NCBI GenBank assembly: GCA_043816005.1
Contig: JBDRIM010000073.1
Span: forward strand, 1-32,000
Length of the DNA stretch: 32,000 nt
Source: Candidatus Micrarchaeota archaeon
Lineage (GTDB): Archaea > Micrarchaeota > Micrarchaeia > Anstonellales > Bilamarchaeaceae
Direction of reading: 5' to 3'
The notes under the pieces are model-generated. The model made no database searches. It saw nothing but the letters and a program-made list of their open reading frames with translations, and was not told where the DNA came from. Made by a program: the position numbers and the translations under genes. How positions within the stretch are numbered: position 1 is the first letter of the stretch; every line of letters starts with the position of its first letter. Below, one piece after another: positions 24,008-32,000 of the stretch.

Positions 24008-25911
24008 AAATTATGAATGTTATTATCGGCATCATCGCAATTCTCATTCTTATACTTGGTGGAATAATAGTTATACTGCTTCTTTCTGGTCAATCATTAC
24101 AACCAAACACATTGCCACAATCCTCATTTACAATACTTGAAACTGGAACTGCAGGTGATTATGGCTATGCAGTTTACAATTATCGTGGTAATGGAAATTT
24201 GACAATTTTAAGCTATAATTCACAACCAAAACGCAATATTACAATTATAAACGATAGTCAAGCCATACAATCCTCACGGCTTCCAGAACTGGTCTCACAA
24301 CTTAAAACACTTGAAAAGTATGGTTATGAAATTACTGTGTCCAACGAGCCAAAAATAGGAACTGGTATTACCATTATTCCAAGTGGCGCACTCCCATCTT
24401 ATGCATTATTTAATCTACAACAACCAACTTCTCAAGGAACAATTGTGTATATTGGCGCCAAAAATTTGATCTTAAGTACTGGAATAAAAGAAGTTGAATG
24501 GTTTAATATGCTGTCAACTGAACAGCAACAAAGGATTATCATCTACGATGGTACTCTCGATGAAATTCTTGAGACTCAAATTTCATTTGCTGATGAGGTA
24601 CTTTATAACAAATGGATGTTACAATCAAATGACAGTGTTGTGCTTTCTAGCAGCGGCGCAAAGAGTTCAACAATTCCCATGGGACCTACTGGGTATCTTC
24701 GACTCGTTTATGATTTTGATGATCTCCACGGTATTTATGATTCTCCATATTTGAAAAAATCACCACAAATTCTTGTTCTTTCTCCACAATCAATTTATCC
24801 ATGGGAGAAATCATCTCTTCAATTTGAACTAAACAAGACTGAAGGTGCTGCAGTTTTAATTGTTAAGAGGAATGGTGATATAATCCAATCAGAAGAATTG
24901 CGTACTGTGACCGATCAAAACGTATTCATAAAAAAATTAGAGTACGATAATCCTGGAGAATATACTATTTTTGTTGATGATGATTCAGGAAATTTGGCTA
25001 GTGGACTTCTTCATATTAAGGACATGCAAGTTTCATTACTTCAAAAGCGTGGCGTATCCTATGTATTTTTGGTAACTGTTGATGACAAGCCACTTACTAA
25101 TACGGAAACTACTATTTGGCTTGGAAATTCGTCAATAACAAAAAAATACTATGTGACAAACGGAGAGGTTGTAGTTAATGCCAATCTAAATCAGGGTGAA
25201 AATATTTTTAATTTTGAAATCAATGGCCGTACTATGCAAGTTGTTGTTAATAACAAACAAGAAAACCTATTTGATTTCTATACTAAATATGGTCTTCTTG
25301 CGTTTATTATAATCATCGTAGTCTATTTTGGAGCAAGAATGACAAGGCGCCCGACATACAGACTTCGTTTTGGTGATAGTTCAACATACATTCGTCAAGA
25401 AATAAAATTGCCTCTTGATCGTGCACTCGAGTGTTTTAAAAAAATACGGCATGATATGCATCTTGGTATGTCCCCCATTACTACTCATGAATTTACTGTT
25501 TCTTTAAAACGTTACCTCACTAACGGTGCAGACATTACCGAGGGTAATGTCGAAGAAATATTAGATAAATTAGTTAAATCTAATTATCTTAAGACCCATC
25601 GCGATTATTATCAGCTTGAAGGGGAAGGGGATGTTAAGCGCAATGTGTTACGTAGGATCATTAGAGAGAAACTTATCGAAAGCGGCACTGTTTTCAAAGA
25701 ACATGGAGGTAAATTCGTTCTTAAAGATCGTGAAATTGGTTTCTTTGGAGAACGTTTTTCAAAAAAAGCAATTATTATTGTTGATGATGAGTCGGAGATA
25801 AAACAGATATTATCTTCACTTAAAGAACGTGATCGTGCAAGCATAAAAATCGCACAAACAAATGATATTCTGTCTTTTGTTACTATAGACAAACTAAGCG
25901 GGTTATTATGA
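24004..25911 (+). CDS. bitopic/two-TM envelope protein with a large extracytoplasmic region and ~190-aa cytoplasmic tail, unknown function
   Basis: TM1 VIIGIIAILILILGGIIVILLL and TM2 YGLLAFIIIIVVYFGARMTRR. The intervening segments look like beta-sandwich (GEYTIFVDDD, GENIFNFEING). ATGA overlaps on both sides. Confidence 0.7.
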   Translation: MKIMNVIIGIIAILILILGGIIVILLLSGQSLQPNTLPQSSFTILETGTAGDYGYAVYNYRGNGNLTILSYNSQPKRNITIINDSQAIQSSRLPELVSQLKTLEKYGYEITVSNEPKIGTGITIIPSGALPSYALFNLQQPTSQGTIVYIGAKNLILSTGIKEVEWFNMLSTEQQQRIIIYDGTLDEILETQISFADEVLYNKWMLQSNDSVVLSSSGAKSSTIPMGPTGYLRLVYDFDDLHGIYDSPYLKKSPQILVLSPQSIYPWEKSSLQFELNKTEGAAVLIVKRNGDIIQSEELRTVTDQNVFIKKLEYDNPGEYTIFVDDDSGNLASGLLHIKDMQVSLLQKRGVSYVFLVTVDDKPLTNTETTIWLGNSSITKKYYVTNGEVVVNANLNQGENIFNFEINGRTMQVVVNNKQENLFDFYTKYGLLAFIIIIVVYFGARMTRRPTYRLRFGDSSTYIRQEIKLPLDRALECFKKIRHDMHLGMSPITTHEFTVSLKRYLTNGADITEGNVEEILDKLVKSNYLKTHRDYYQLEGEGDVKRNVLRRIIREKLIESGTVFKEHGGKFVLKDREIGFFGERFSKKAIIIVDDESEIKQILSSLKERDRASIKIAQTNDILSFVTIDKLSGLL

Positions 25912-27149
25912 GGGCAGTTTTTTTTCTCTTACTTCTTCCTCTTGTTTTTTCACAATCACCACCAATTACCGAAGTTGAAGGACACAATTTGGCGATGGCT
26001 GATTTTTTGGAAAACAATTTCAACAGTTCTGTCTCAGAAACAGGCTCAGTAAGTGTGTCTCTTGGCTCTTATTCCCAACAATTCAGTCTTTTTACGAGTA
26101 TTGATATCGCAGGTATGTCACTGGTAATTGAAAACCTAACATATCCCAGTGAAAGTCTTTCTGTTCTTGTTGCTAGAGGGTATCATATTGATCATCTTGT
26201 TTCTTTATCTGGTAATGAAAGCAACATTGTATGTAATTCAAGTTATCACCCAACATCATATTGTGATTTTGATGGTGATGGGTGCCCTGAATTTGAAACA
26301 AATTCTTCCGTAGTTTATCAAATGTACCTAACGTTTTCATTTCGGAATATTTCGTCGACAATTCCGTTTTCTTCGACTATTGTTCCAGTACCCAAGGAAA
26401 TTCTATCTGAAATGTCATCCTCTTCTGGTCTTGATCAACTCAATATAAGCATCACAGGTGATACATTTGTTTTATATCAGATAAACAATCAACAATTTGA
26501 CAGTCAGTGTACGGATAATATATTAAATATTTCAACCACCATCCCAATTTCGACCAATCGTTTATTTGCGGTAGCAGGCAAAAACAAACTATTCTTCCTA
26601 AGTTCTCCTATTCTTAGCGAACAGCTCGCAAGCAATAATCATTTTGATGTTATCGTACTATCTCAGAGTCCATTATATTATGGTGAAATCGATTTTGATG
26701 GTAATCAATCAAAGAATTTTACGTTCAAAAATTTTTCAATAATTAGTGGCCGTTACGGTATTGAGGAAATAATTTCAAATAAGACTGAAATCTTAAATTT
26801 TGCAGAATATGGTCCAAATTTAACGACGCCAACCCTCTTAGAAAAGGAAAATCATTCTTTTGCTTATGTATACGCGTTCAATTCAACTTACAAGGCCATT
26901 GGTGAACACAATCTTTCTCTTTTGGTTGTAGATGTTTTCCTTGGTACTGAAAAACATACCGAAACAATAACAAGTCGTATGCTCTCTTATGGCGGTATAT
27001 GGGCTGAAAATGGTTCTATTATTTCACCTGAAACAACACGGCCAAGTATGAGCCCGACTCAAAACAATTTGAATCCAGTCACTATTAGTCTTGGTCTTGT
27101 GGTATTGGCAGTTCTCCTTGCCTTTGTAAATTTTTGGATTAAAAAATAG
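25908..27149 (+). CDS. secreted, C-terminally anchored, sequon-rich surface glycoprotein candidate
   Basis: Signal peptide MRAVFFLLLLPLVFSQS and 17 N-x-S/T sequons counted by hand in 413 aa. C-terminal TM LGLVVLAVLLAFVNFWIKK. Confidence 0.7.
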   Translation: MRAVFFLLLLPLVFSQSPPITEVEGHNLAMADFLENNFNSSVSETGSVSVSLGSYSQQFSLFTSIDIAGMSLVIENLTYPSESLSVLVARGYHIDHLVSLSGNESNIVCNSSYHPTSYCDFDGDGCPEFETNSSVVYQMYLTFSFRNISSTIPFSSTIVPVPKEILSEMSSSSGLDQLNISITGDTFVLYQINNQQFDSQCTDNILNISTTIPISTNRLFAVAGKNKLFFLSSPILSEQLASNNHFDVIVLSQSPLYYGEIDFDGNQSKNFTFKNFSIISGRYGIEEIISNKTEILNFAEYGPNLTTPTLLEKENHSFAYVYAFNSTYKAIGEHNLSLLVVDVFLGTEKHTETITSRMLSYGGIWAENGSIISPETTRPSMSPTQNNLNPVTISLGLVVLAVLLAFVNFWIKK

Positions 27150-27206
27150 TCAGTCGCTTGGTCCACTTTTTGTTCCTTCAACTTTCATTTCGCGTTCTTC
27201 TTCTGT

Positions 27207-27437
27207 TTATTTGATAGAAGAAAGTTTTTCGGCAGTAGCAAATGTTCGTTTTACACTTATTATTCTAACATTACATTGTTCGCCTTTTGTTGCTCCTTTG
27301 ACAAAAATAACAAAACCATCAATCTTTGCTATACCATCACCTTGGCCTCCCTGGCTCTCTATTTTAACGACTATTTTATCACCCTCAGAAACGGGTTTCG
27401 GTATGCCAAATTTACTATTTTCTTCCATATTCCTCAC
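27207..27437 (-). CDS. TRAM-domain protein
   Basis: 76 aa. GDKIVVKIESQGGQGDGIAKIDGFVIFVKGATKGEQCNVRIISVKRTFATAE matches the small archaeal TRAM OB-fold pattern. Confidence 0.8.
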   Translation of the reverse strand: MRNMEENSKFGIPKPVSEGDKIVVKIESQGGQGDGIAKIDGFVIFVKGATKGEQCNVRIISVKRTFATAEKLSSIK

Positions 27438-27562
27438 TTTTCTAATGGTCCTCTAGAAACTACTATGCTTTCTATCTCATGAGCAGTAGTTAACGATAAT
27501 TCGTGTTCTTCCATAGATAAGTTTCCAATCTTATAATTAAAAACCTATTTTTTCTCTCAAAA

Positions 27563-28309
27563 TTACAATTCCTCATATCCAACATTAAATTTTTCTGCTA
27601 ATTTCCTTATTTTCTTTTTTTGATCTAAATTTGTCTCGTCTTTCAGAACAACAACTTTGGAAATTTTTTCAACATTCTTTTCAATTGCTTGTTTGAACAT
27701 TTCCTCATCAAGTTCTTCGATAGCATACTTCGGTGCCATATGTCCGACTGCCAATTTCCCATCTACAACTATTTTAGTAAAATTTTTCTGGTAATGCCCC
27801 CCGCCAAAACCAATAACGGTTTCACATTCTTTAACCGGTCCTATGCTCGCAACAACTGCATTTGCCACTGCTTCCACAGCACTATCATCTCCCCATTGCT
27901 CTTCTCCATTTCCTATCTCTACAAAAATGATTGGTATCTTTATCGTAGGTCCATGGTGGTCTGCTTCAAGGTAAAATGGCCATCCTATTTTTTTGGCCTC
28001 GTTATTCATCTCAATTGCAATTTTTTTCAGTATTGTACCTGGTGCTATATTGAGTGTTCTCTCTTTTCCACCCATCCCCGCATTTCCCCAGTTTCCAGGG
28101 ATATGTGCAGTGAGCATTTTTCCAGCCATCTTACTTTTGTGCGTACTAAGCATGATGATATAATCAGTTTCTAAATTTTCAGGTACATCAAGAACTGTTG
28201 GTAATTTTGTATCAATTAGTTTCACGCCCTCTCTTTCCCATGCACTATCTCCCGTTTTTCTGAACCCATGCCCTGTGATAAGTTTCTCGGCAATTTTTTT
28301 ACTGGCCAC
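27563..28309 (-). CDS. dtdA: archaeal-type D-aminoacyl-tRNA deacylase (DTD2/DtdA)
   Basis: LTAHIPGNWGNAGMGG, YLEADHHGPT, FVEIGNGEEQW, GFGGGHY and VGHMAPKY match conserved blocks remembered from Pyrococcus DtdA. Confidence 0.9.
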   Translation of the reverse strand: MASKKIAEKLITGHGFRKTGDSAWEREGVKLIDTKLPTVLDVPENLETDYIIMLSTHKSKMAGKMLTAHIPGNWGNAGMGGKERTLNIAPGTILKKIAIEMNNEAKKIGWPFYLEADHHGPTIKIPIIFVEIGNGEEQWGDDSAVEAVANAVVASIGPVKECETVIGFGGGHYQKNFTKIVVDGKLAVGHMAPKYAIEELDEEMFKQAIEKNVEKISKVVVLKDETNLDQKKKIRKLAEKFNVGYEEL

Positions 28310-28332
28310 ATTCTCTGATGTAAAAAGTATTA

Positions 28333-28893
28333 TCAGAAAATCACCAGAAATGCAGTTGCAATTATTGGTATCATCAAATTATCATCTATAAGTGGCAATG
28401 TTTCAATAATTGCACCAAGAATCACTAGAGGTATTGCTAATGGTCCTATGAAAAAATATGCTGGCATTGCAGCAATAACAAAAGCAATACTTCCTTCAAG
28501 AGTTTTTTTATTATTATGGGGCAATCTTATCTTTCCATGCCTTCCAATCAATGTGGAAAATCCATCTCCAAGTGCTAAAAGCATTATTATTGCCATTATC
28601 TCGTTCTGATCTACCAAAATAGTTATGGCAATCAAAATCCCAGTTGCATAACAAGCAGAACCCCATCCTGGTAATGGTGCACCGTTCCGTTCAAAATTGT
28701 TTTCAAACCACGCAACTACTTTCATTAATGAATTCCGTTTTCCGAGAAGTCTTGTATTCATGATAGCAAGTCCAATAATTATCGTGAAAAAAACCATTCC
28801 CATGGCCATACCCCTACCCAAGTATGAAATCACCATCATTACAACTAACCCAATTAGAATATGGAATAGTTGTCTTTTGTTCTCACGTTCCAC
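28333..28893 (-). CDS. polyprenol/dolichol kinase family membrane protein (COG0170-like, CTP-dependent)
   Basis: Multi-TM protein with N-terminal NKRQLFHILIG, then GDGFSTLIGRHGK...KKTLEGS and ETLPLIDDNLMIP, the conserved blocks of the dolichol/phytol kinase and cytidylyltransferase superfamily. Confidence 0.6.
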   Translation of the reverse strand: MERENKRQLFHILIGLVVMMVISYLGRGMAMGMVFFTIIIGLAIMNTRLLGKRNSLMKVVAWFENNFERNGAPLPGWGSACYATGILIAITILVDQNEIMAIIMLLALGDGFSTLIGRHGKIRLPHNNKKTLEGSIAFVIAAMPAYFFIGPLAIPLVILGAIIETLPLIDDNLMIPIIATAFLVIF

Positions 28894-29365
28894 GTTTATC
28901 CCTCTTTATTTTCTTCCAAAAAACATCTGTTATGTAGTATGATATCAAAGCTACTGGAAGTGCACCTGCTATATCCTGGAAAACATGCACCCCCAAATTT
29001 AATCTTGTAAACGCAATCAACAATGCAAAAAACATAAAAAAAGAAAAACTTTTTTTATTTAAAAATCCACACATAAGAGTAAACGCAATTGTTGCATGGA
29101 GGCTCGGAAAAGAGTAATCATTAGGACACTCTAACTGGCCAATACATGGTCGTTCGTGAGCAAGCATAACTTTTACTGTAGTGGCAATAAGAAAAGCTAC
29201 AACAAGTGATAGTACTATTTTGCGTCTTTTATCATTTCTCTTCTCGCTAATGACTATGAGTGTTAATATTATCGCAATATACACAATGGCGCTGTCAAAG
29301 AAAAGATCCACAGCCCTAAGCAGCGGATGCTCTATCGAAAGTGCTAGTATACTTATTGCATCCAT
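28883..29365 (-). CDS. PAP2-family (polyprenyl-diphosphate/lipid phosphate) phosphatase
   Basis: PAP2 motifs KVMLAHERP (KxxxxxxRP), FPSLH (PSGH variant) and TRLNLGVHVFQD (SRxxxxxHxxxD variant). Confidence 0.8.
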   Translation of the reverse strand: MDAISILALSIEHPLLRAVDLFFDSAIVYIAIILTLIVISEKRNDKRRKIVLSLVVAFLIATTVKVMLAHERPCIGQLECPNDYSFPSLHATIAFTLMCGFLNKKSFSFFMFFALLIAFTRLNLGVHVFQDIAGALPVALISYYITDVFWKKIKRDKRGT

Positions 29366-29379
29366 AAACTTTGTTCACT

Positions 29380-30921
29380 TTATAAATTTATAAAATAGAA
29401 CGAAACCAGACTAATTATGGCCAGTCCAATTGAATAAAAACCAATTGCTGATTTCTTACCCTCACTATCTGCTATAGCAATTGCAACGATTGTCGTATAT
29501 ATAACTAAATAAGGTGGCACCAACACATTGCAGTTTATTAGAATAGTGTCTATACCTTCTTTTCCGATTGCTTCACTAACCGTTGCCATAAGGTTAAGTG
29601 CAATTTTAGCAATCATGGGTACAAGAACTGCACCAGCCATCAATGTATATTTTTGTGTTGCCAAAAGCTGGCTTCTCTCCCTCTTTATCTGAATATTTCT
29701 TATCATATCATCAGCAAGATTACTCATTAAATTAAGTGAATTAGTTTCAACCATCTGTTTCATCATGACACATGCACGTCCAAGCATTTTTGATTTATTT
29801 CGTCCAGCAAGATCATCCAAAACAGTTGTTATCCCAATATTCATATTCAATTGTTTCCTTGATTTTGCAGTTTCTTCAGATAATGCTCCAAACTGGGCGT
29901 CTTCAATTGCATGAAAAATCCTATCAAATCTTACTGATTTTGGCATACTACTTACTGTGAAAAGTGCATCTGGCAATTTTTCTTCTATGTCTTCAATGTT
30001 CTTTTCTTTTTTGTAATTTTCCACTGTCAAATACAATCCCATAATGGTACCAATGCAAAAAAATATCAACATAAATTCTGGTAGAAAGACTCCCACTATA
30101 ATCAATATCGGTGGTAATAATAATCTCACGTCAAACCAACTTTCATTTATGAACATCGATCTTGGCATAACCATTTTTGATATCATCAACAGAACGATGC
30201 TTATAGCTGGGAATATTATTAGAAGTGCTATAGTTAATTGTTCTTTAGTAATATCATTTCCAAATCCCATTCTTCCAGTTATCGCATAAACCATGAAGAA
30301 AGTTGGCAAAACTGAACTTGCCATCACAAATAATAAACCAAACATTGAACTTTTGGCGGCATACTCCTTCAGCTTATGTTGTTCCAATGAAATAAGTTCA
30401 TCACCCATCTTTCTTAGGTCTTTTCCAGATCCACCGCTTTCGTAGAGGGTTATCAATTGGGATAAGGCACGTTTTATTCCGACTGAATCAAATGAAATAG
30501 CCAATCCAGCCAATGCTTTTTGCATTGACATCCCACCTTCCACCTGTTTAATTACAATTTTTATCTCTTTTTCTAGAGCACAATGTCCATCAATAGAAAG
30601 AAACATTGCTTTTTGGAAATCTATCCCCATATCAATTAACATTCCAAAATTTCTTAGGAAAAAAGGAAATGCCATTTCAATTTCTGATTTTTTCGTATTC
30701 ATTTCCATAACCGGAAGAATAAAGAAAAAAACTGTGGTGAGTACAAATGTCAATAAACTAAAAATTATTTCTTCAATGAAAATAAAAACAACAACAGAGA
30801 ATACAACTGCGCTAATAATGGCCATGGCATTGTACTGCGCAGGATCTATCTCAGGGTTAAGAAATTTCAATTTTTTATTATGGCTTAATTTGATATTTAC
30901 TCGCGGGAATTGTTTTGTCAT
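29380..30921 (-). CDS. type IV pilus/archaellum-like assembly platform protein (FlaJ/TadC, two T2SSF-type domains)
   Basis: Polytopic membrane protein with two cytoplasmic helical T2SSF-like modules, sitting directly downstream of the secretion ATPase. Start chosen at ATG 30921 (MTKQFPRV), which avoids overlap with the ATPase stop at 30935. Confidence 0.8.
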   Translation of the reverse strand: MTKQFPRVNIKLSHNKKLKFLNPEIDPAQYNAMAIISAVVFSVVVFIFIEEIIFSLLTFVLTTVFFFILPVMEMNTKKSEIEMAFPFFLRNFGMLIDMGIDFQKAMFLSIDGHCALEKEIKIVIKQVEGGMSMQKALAGLAISFDSVGIKRALSQLITLYESGGSGKDLRKMGDELISLEQHKLKEYAAKSSMFGLLFVMASSVLPTFFMVYAITGRMGFGNDITKEQLTIALLIIFPAISIVLLMISKMVMPRSMFINESWFDVRLLLPPILIIVGVFLPEFMLIFFCIGTIMGLYLTVENYKKEKNIEDIEEKLPDALFTVSSMPKSVRFDRIFHAIEDAQFGALSEETAKSRKQLNMNIGITTVLDDLAGRNKSKMLGRACVMMKQMVETNSLNLMSNLADDMIRNIQIKRERSQLLATQKYTLMAGAVLVPMIAKIALNLMATVSEAIGKEGIDTILINCNVLVPPYLVIYTTIVAIAIADSEGKKSAIGFYSIGLAIISLVSFYFINL

Positions 30922-30934
30922 GTAACAAAAAAAA

Positions 30935-32000
30935 TCAAACACTAGACTCACCACCATAAAGTTTCGTCTGTATTTCGTTGAAAAAATCAAGATGATCTAC
31001 ACTTGCATCTGAAATCATTGTTTTACGTTTTTTTATTTCATCAAGGATTTGGTCTCTTTTCAATCCAAAATTTTCAGCTATTTTATCCATTAAACCACAT
31101 TTTTCTATTTCGAACTTCCCATTCGCATAGAATACATTCGCCTGTTTTTCACCCCCTACAAATTCGGCTATTTCAGTAATTTTTCTTACCTCTTTACATT
31201 CTCTTTTTTTACTATTATACTCCATCATTCTTCTCTGTACTATAATACAATCAATAGATCCAAGATCATCGTTTCTTATTCCAAATCCACATAATCGTGA
31301 AAGCGCTTCGTTAGCACTCTGTGCATGAAATGTCGCATAGCTACCTCTTGCCTGGCCCGCCAACAAAACATCAAATAATGCCTCACTTTCTTCTTTGTTT
31401 CTTACTTCTCCAACTATCATTCTATCAGGACGCATTCGCAGTGAGTCATAAACCAAGTCTTTAAGTCCAATTCCAAGTTCTTTATTTGCAACCAATCTCA
31501 ACTGGTGTTTGTGTGGTATGTTTATTTCTGGAGTCTCTTCTGTTATGATGATTCTTTCGGTTGCTGGGACAAATGAGAAAAGTGCATTCATCGTAGTGGT
31601 TTTCCCACTTGCAGTGTTTCCTGCTACCAGTAAGGAAAAATCACACTGCATAATCATGGACAAGAGTGCCATTACTTCTGTTGTGAGTAAATTCGAACAG
31701 AGTTCTTTTGGCGAAAACGGTCGTTGACGAAATTTTCTTATTGTTATTTCTCCATCTGATATTGGTGGGAGAGATGCATGGAGTCTAGACCCATTTGGTA
31801 AAATGGCATCCAGTCGTGGATTTTGCATGGTTATATGACGGCCAAGTACTCTTGCCATCTTATTGATCAGTTCCCCTATTGCAGCGTCTGTTTCAAAAGT
31901 AGCATTTACTTTTTTCCAACCTGTTTTTCTTATATAAACATAAGCTGGTTTATTTGGACCAACAATGCTTATCTCTTCAATTTCGTTATCATTGATTAAC
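30935..32000 (-). CDS. type II/IV secretion-family ATPase (FlaI/ArlI/PilB-like), N-terminus outside the window
   Basis: Walker A GNTASGKTTTMNA, ITEETPEI, and Walker B/His-box region RMRPDRMIVGEVR. The frame stays open upstream of the first Met to position 32000 (hand translation ...LINDNEIEEISIVGPNKPAYVYIRKTGWKKV...). Confidence 0.9.
   Translation of the reverse strand, partial: LINDNEIEEISIVGPNKPAYVYIRKTGWKKVNATFETDAAIGELINKMARVLGRHITMQNPRLDAILPNGSRLHASLPPISDGEITIRKFRQRPFSPKELCSNLLTTEVMALLSMIMQCDFSLLVAGNTASGKTTTMNALFSFVPATERIIITEETPEINIPHKHQLRLVANKELGIGLKDLVYDSLRMRPDRMIVGEVRNKEESEALFDVLLAGQARGSYATFHAQSANEALSRLCGFGIRNDDLGSIDCIIVQRRMMEYNSKKRECKEVRKITEIAEFVGGEKQANVFYANGKFEIEKCGLMDKIAENFGLKRDQILDEIKKRKTMISDASVDHLDFFNEIQTKLYGGESSV

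Noticed and set aside
30922-30990. Longer N-terminus of the FlaJ/TadC-like gene, overlapping the ATPase gene by 56 nt
   Set aside because: The extension (MIFSTKYRRNFMVVSLVFDFFCY) is the ATPase 3-prime end read in another frame. ATG at 30921 begins just after the ATPase stop and a T-run, giving a normal operon junction.

Overview
Gene-dense, low-GC (about mid-30s % from hand counts of a few lines) archaeal chromosomal segment. It carries archaeal-type housekeeping genes: PCNA, aIF5B, CTP synthase, FtsZ, NAD kinase, PheS alpha, PurP, PurQ, archaeal DtdA, a TRAM protein and a COG1395-type HTH regulator. Many genes have GGAGG/AGGTGA-like Shine-Dalgarno sites, and several have 1-4 nt start/stop overlaps. 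The gene set and small compact operons suggest an uncultured, possibly DPANN-like archaeon, but taxonomy cannot be settled from sequence alone. Accessory content includes a vapBC toxin-antitoxin pair, a 654-670 aa orphan protein with three internal repeats plus a small HEAT-like protein, and a translationally coupled four-gene operon that places pheS among three predicted envelope proteins. One of those envelope proteins has 17 N-glycosylation sequons. There is also a type IV pilus/archaellum-like ATPase and platform pair next to PAP2 and polyprenol-kinase genes. The most unusual signals are non-coding. (1) A tRNA-Val(GAC) appears interrupted by a 49-nt D-loop insertion and a 217-nt anticodon-loop intron made almost entirely of perfect hairpins. 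(2) Short palindromes recur flanked by exact duplications of gene termini, at the ftsZ 3-prime end and the 5-prime end of the HTH regulator gene. These form direct-inverted-direct arrangements that can fold into mutually exclusive hairpins. (3) One GAACGA-TTCR-TCGTTC hairpin core is shared between the tRNA intron and the ftsZ insert. (4) The vapB-ftsZ spacer holds a dense cluster of hairpins. All protein calls rest on recognised motifs in the supplied translations; no database search, folding or covariance calculation was run.
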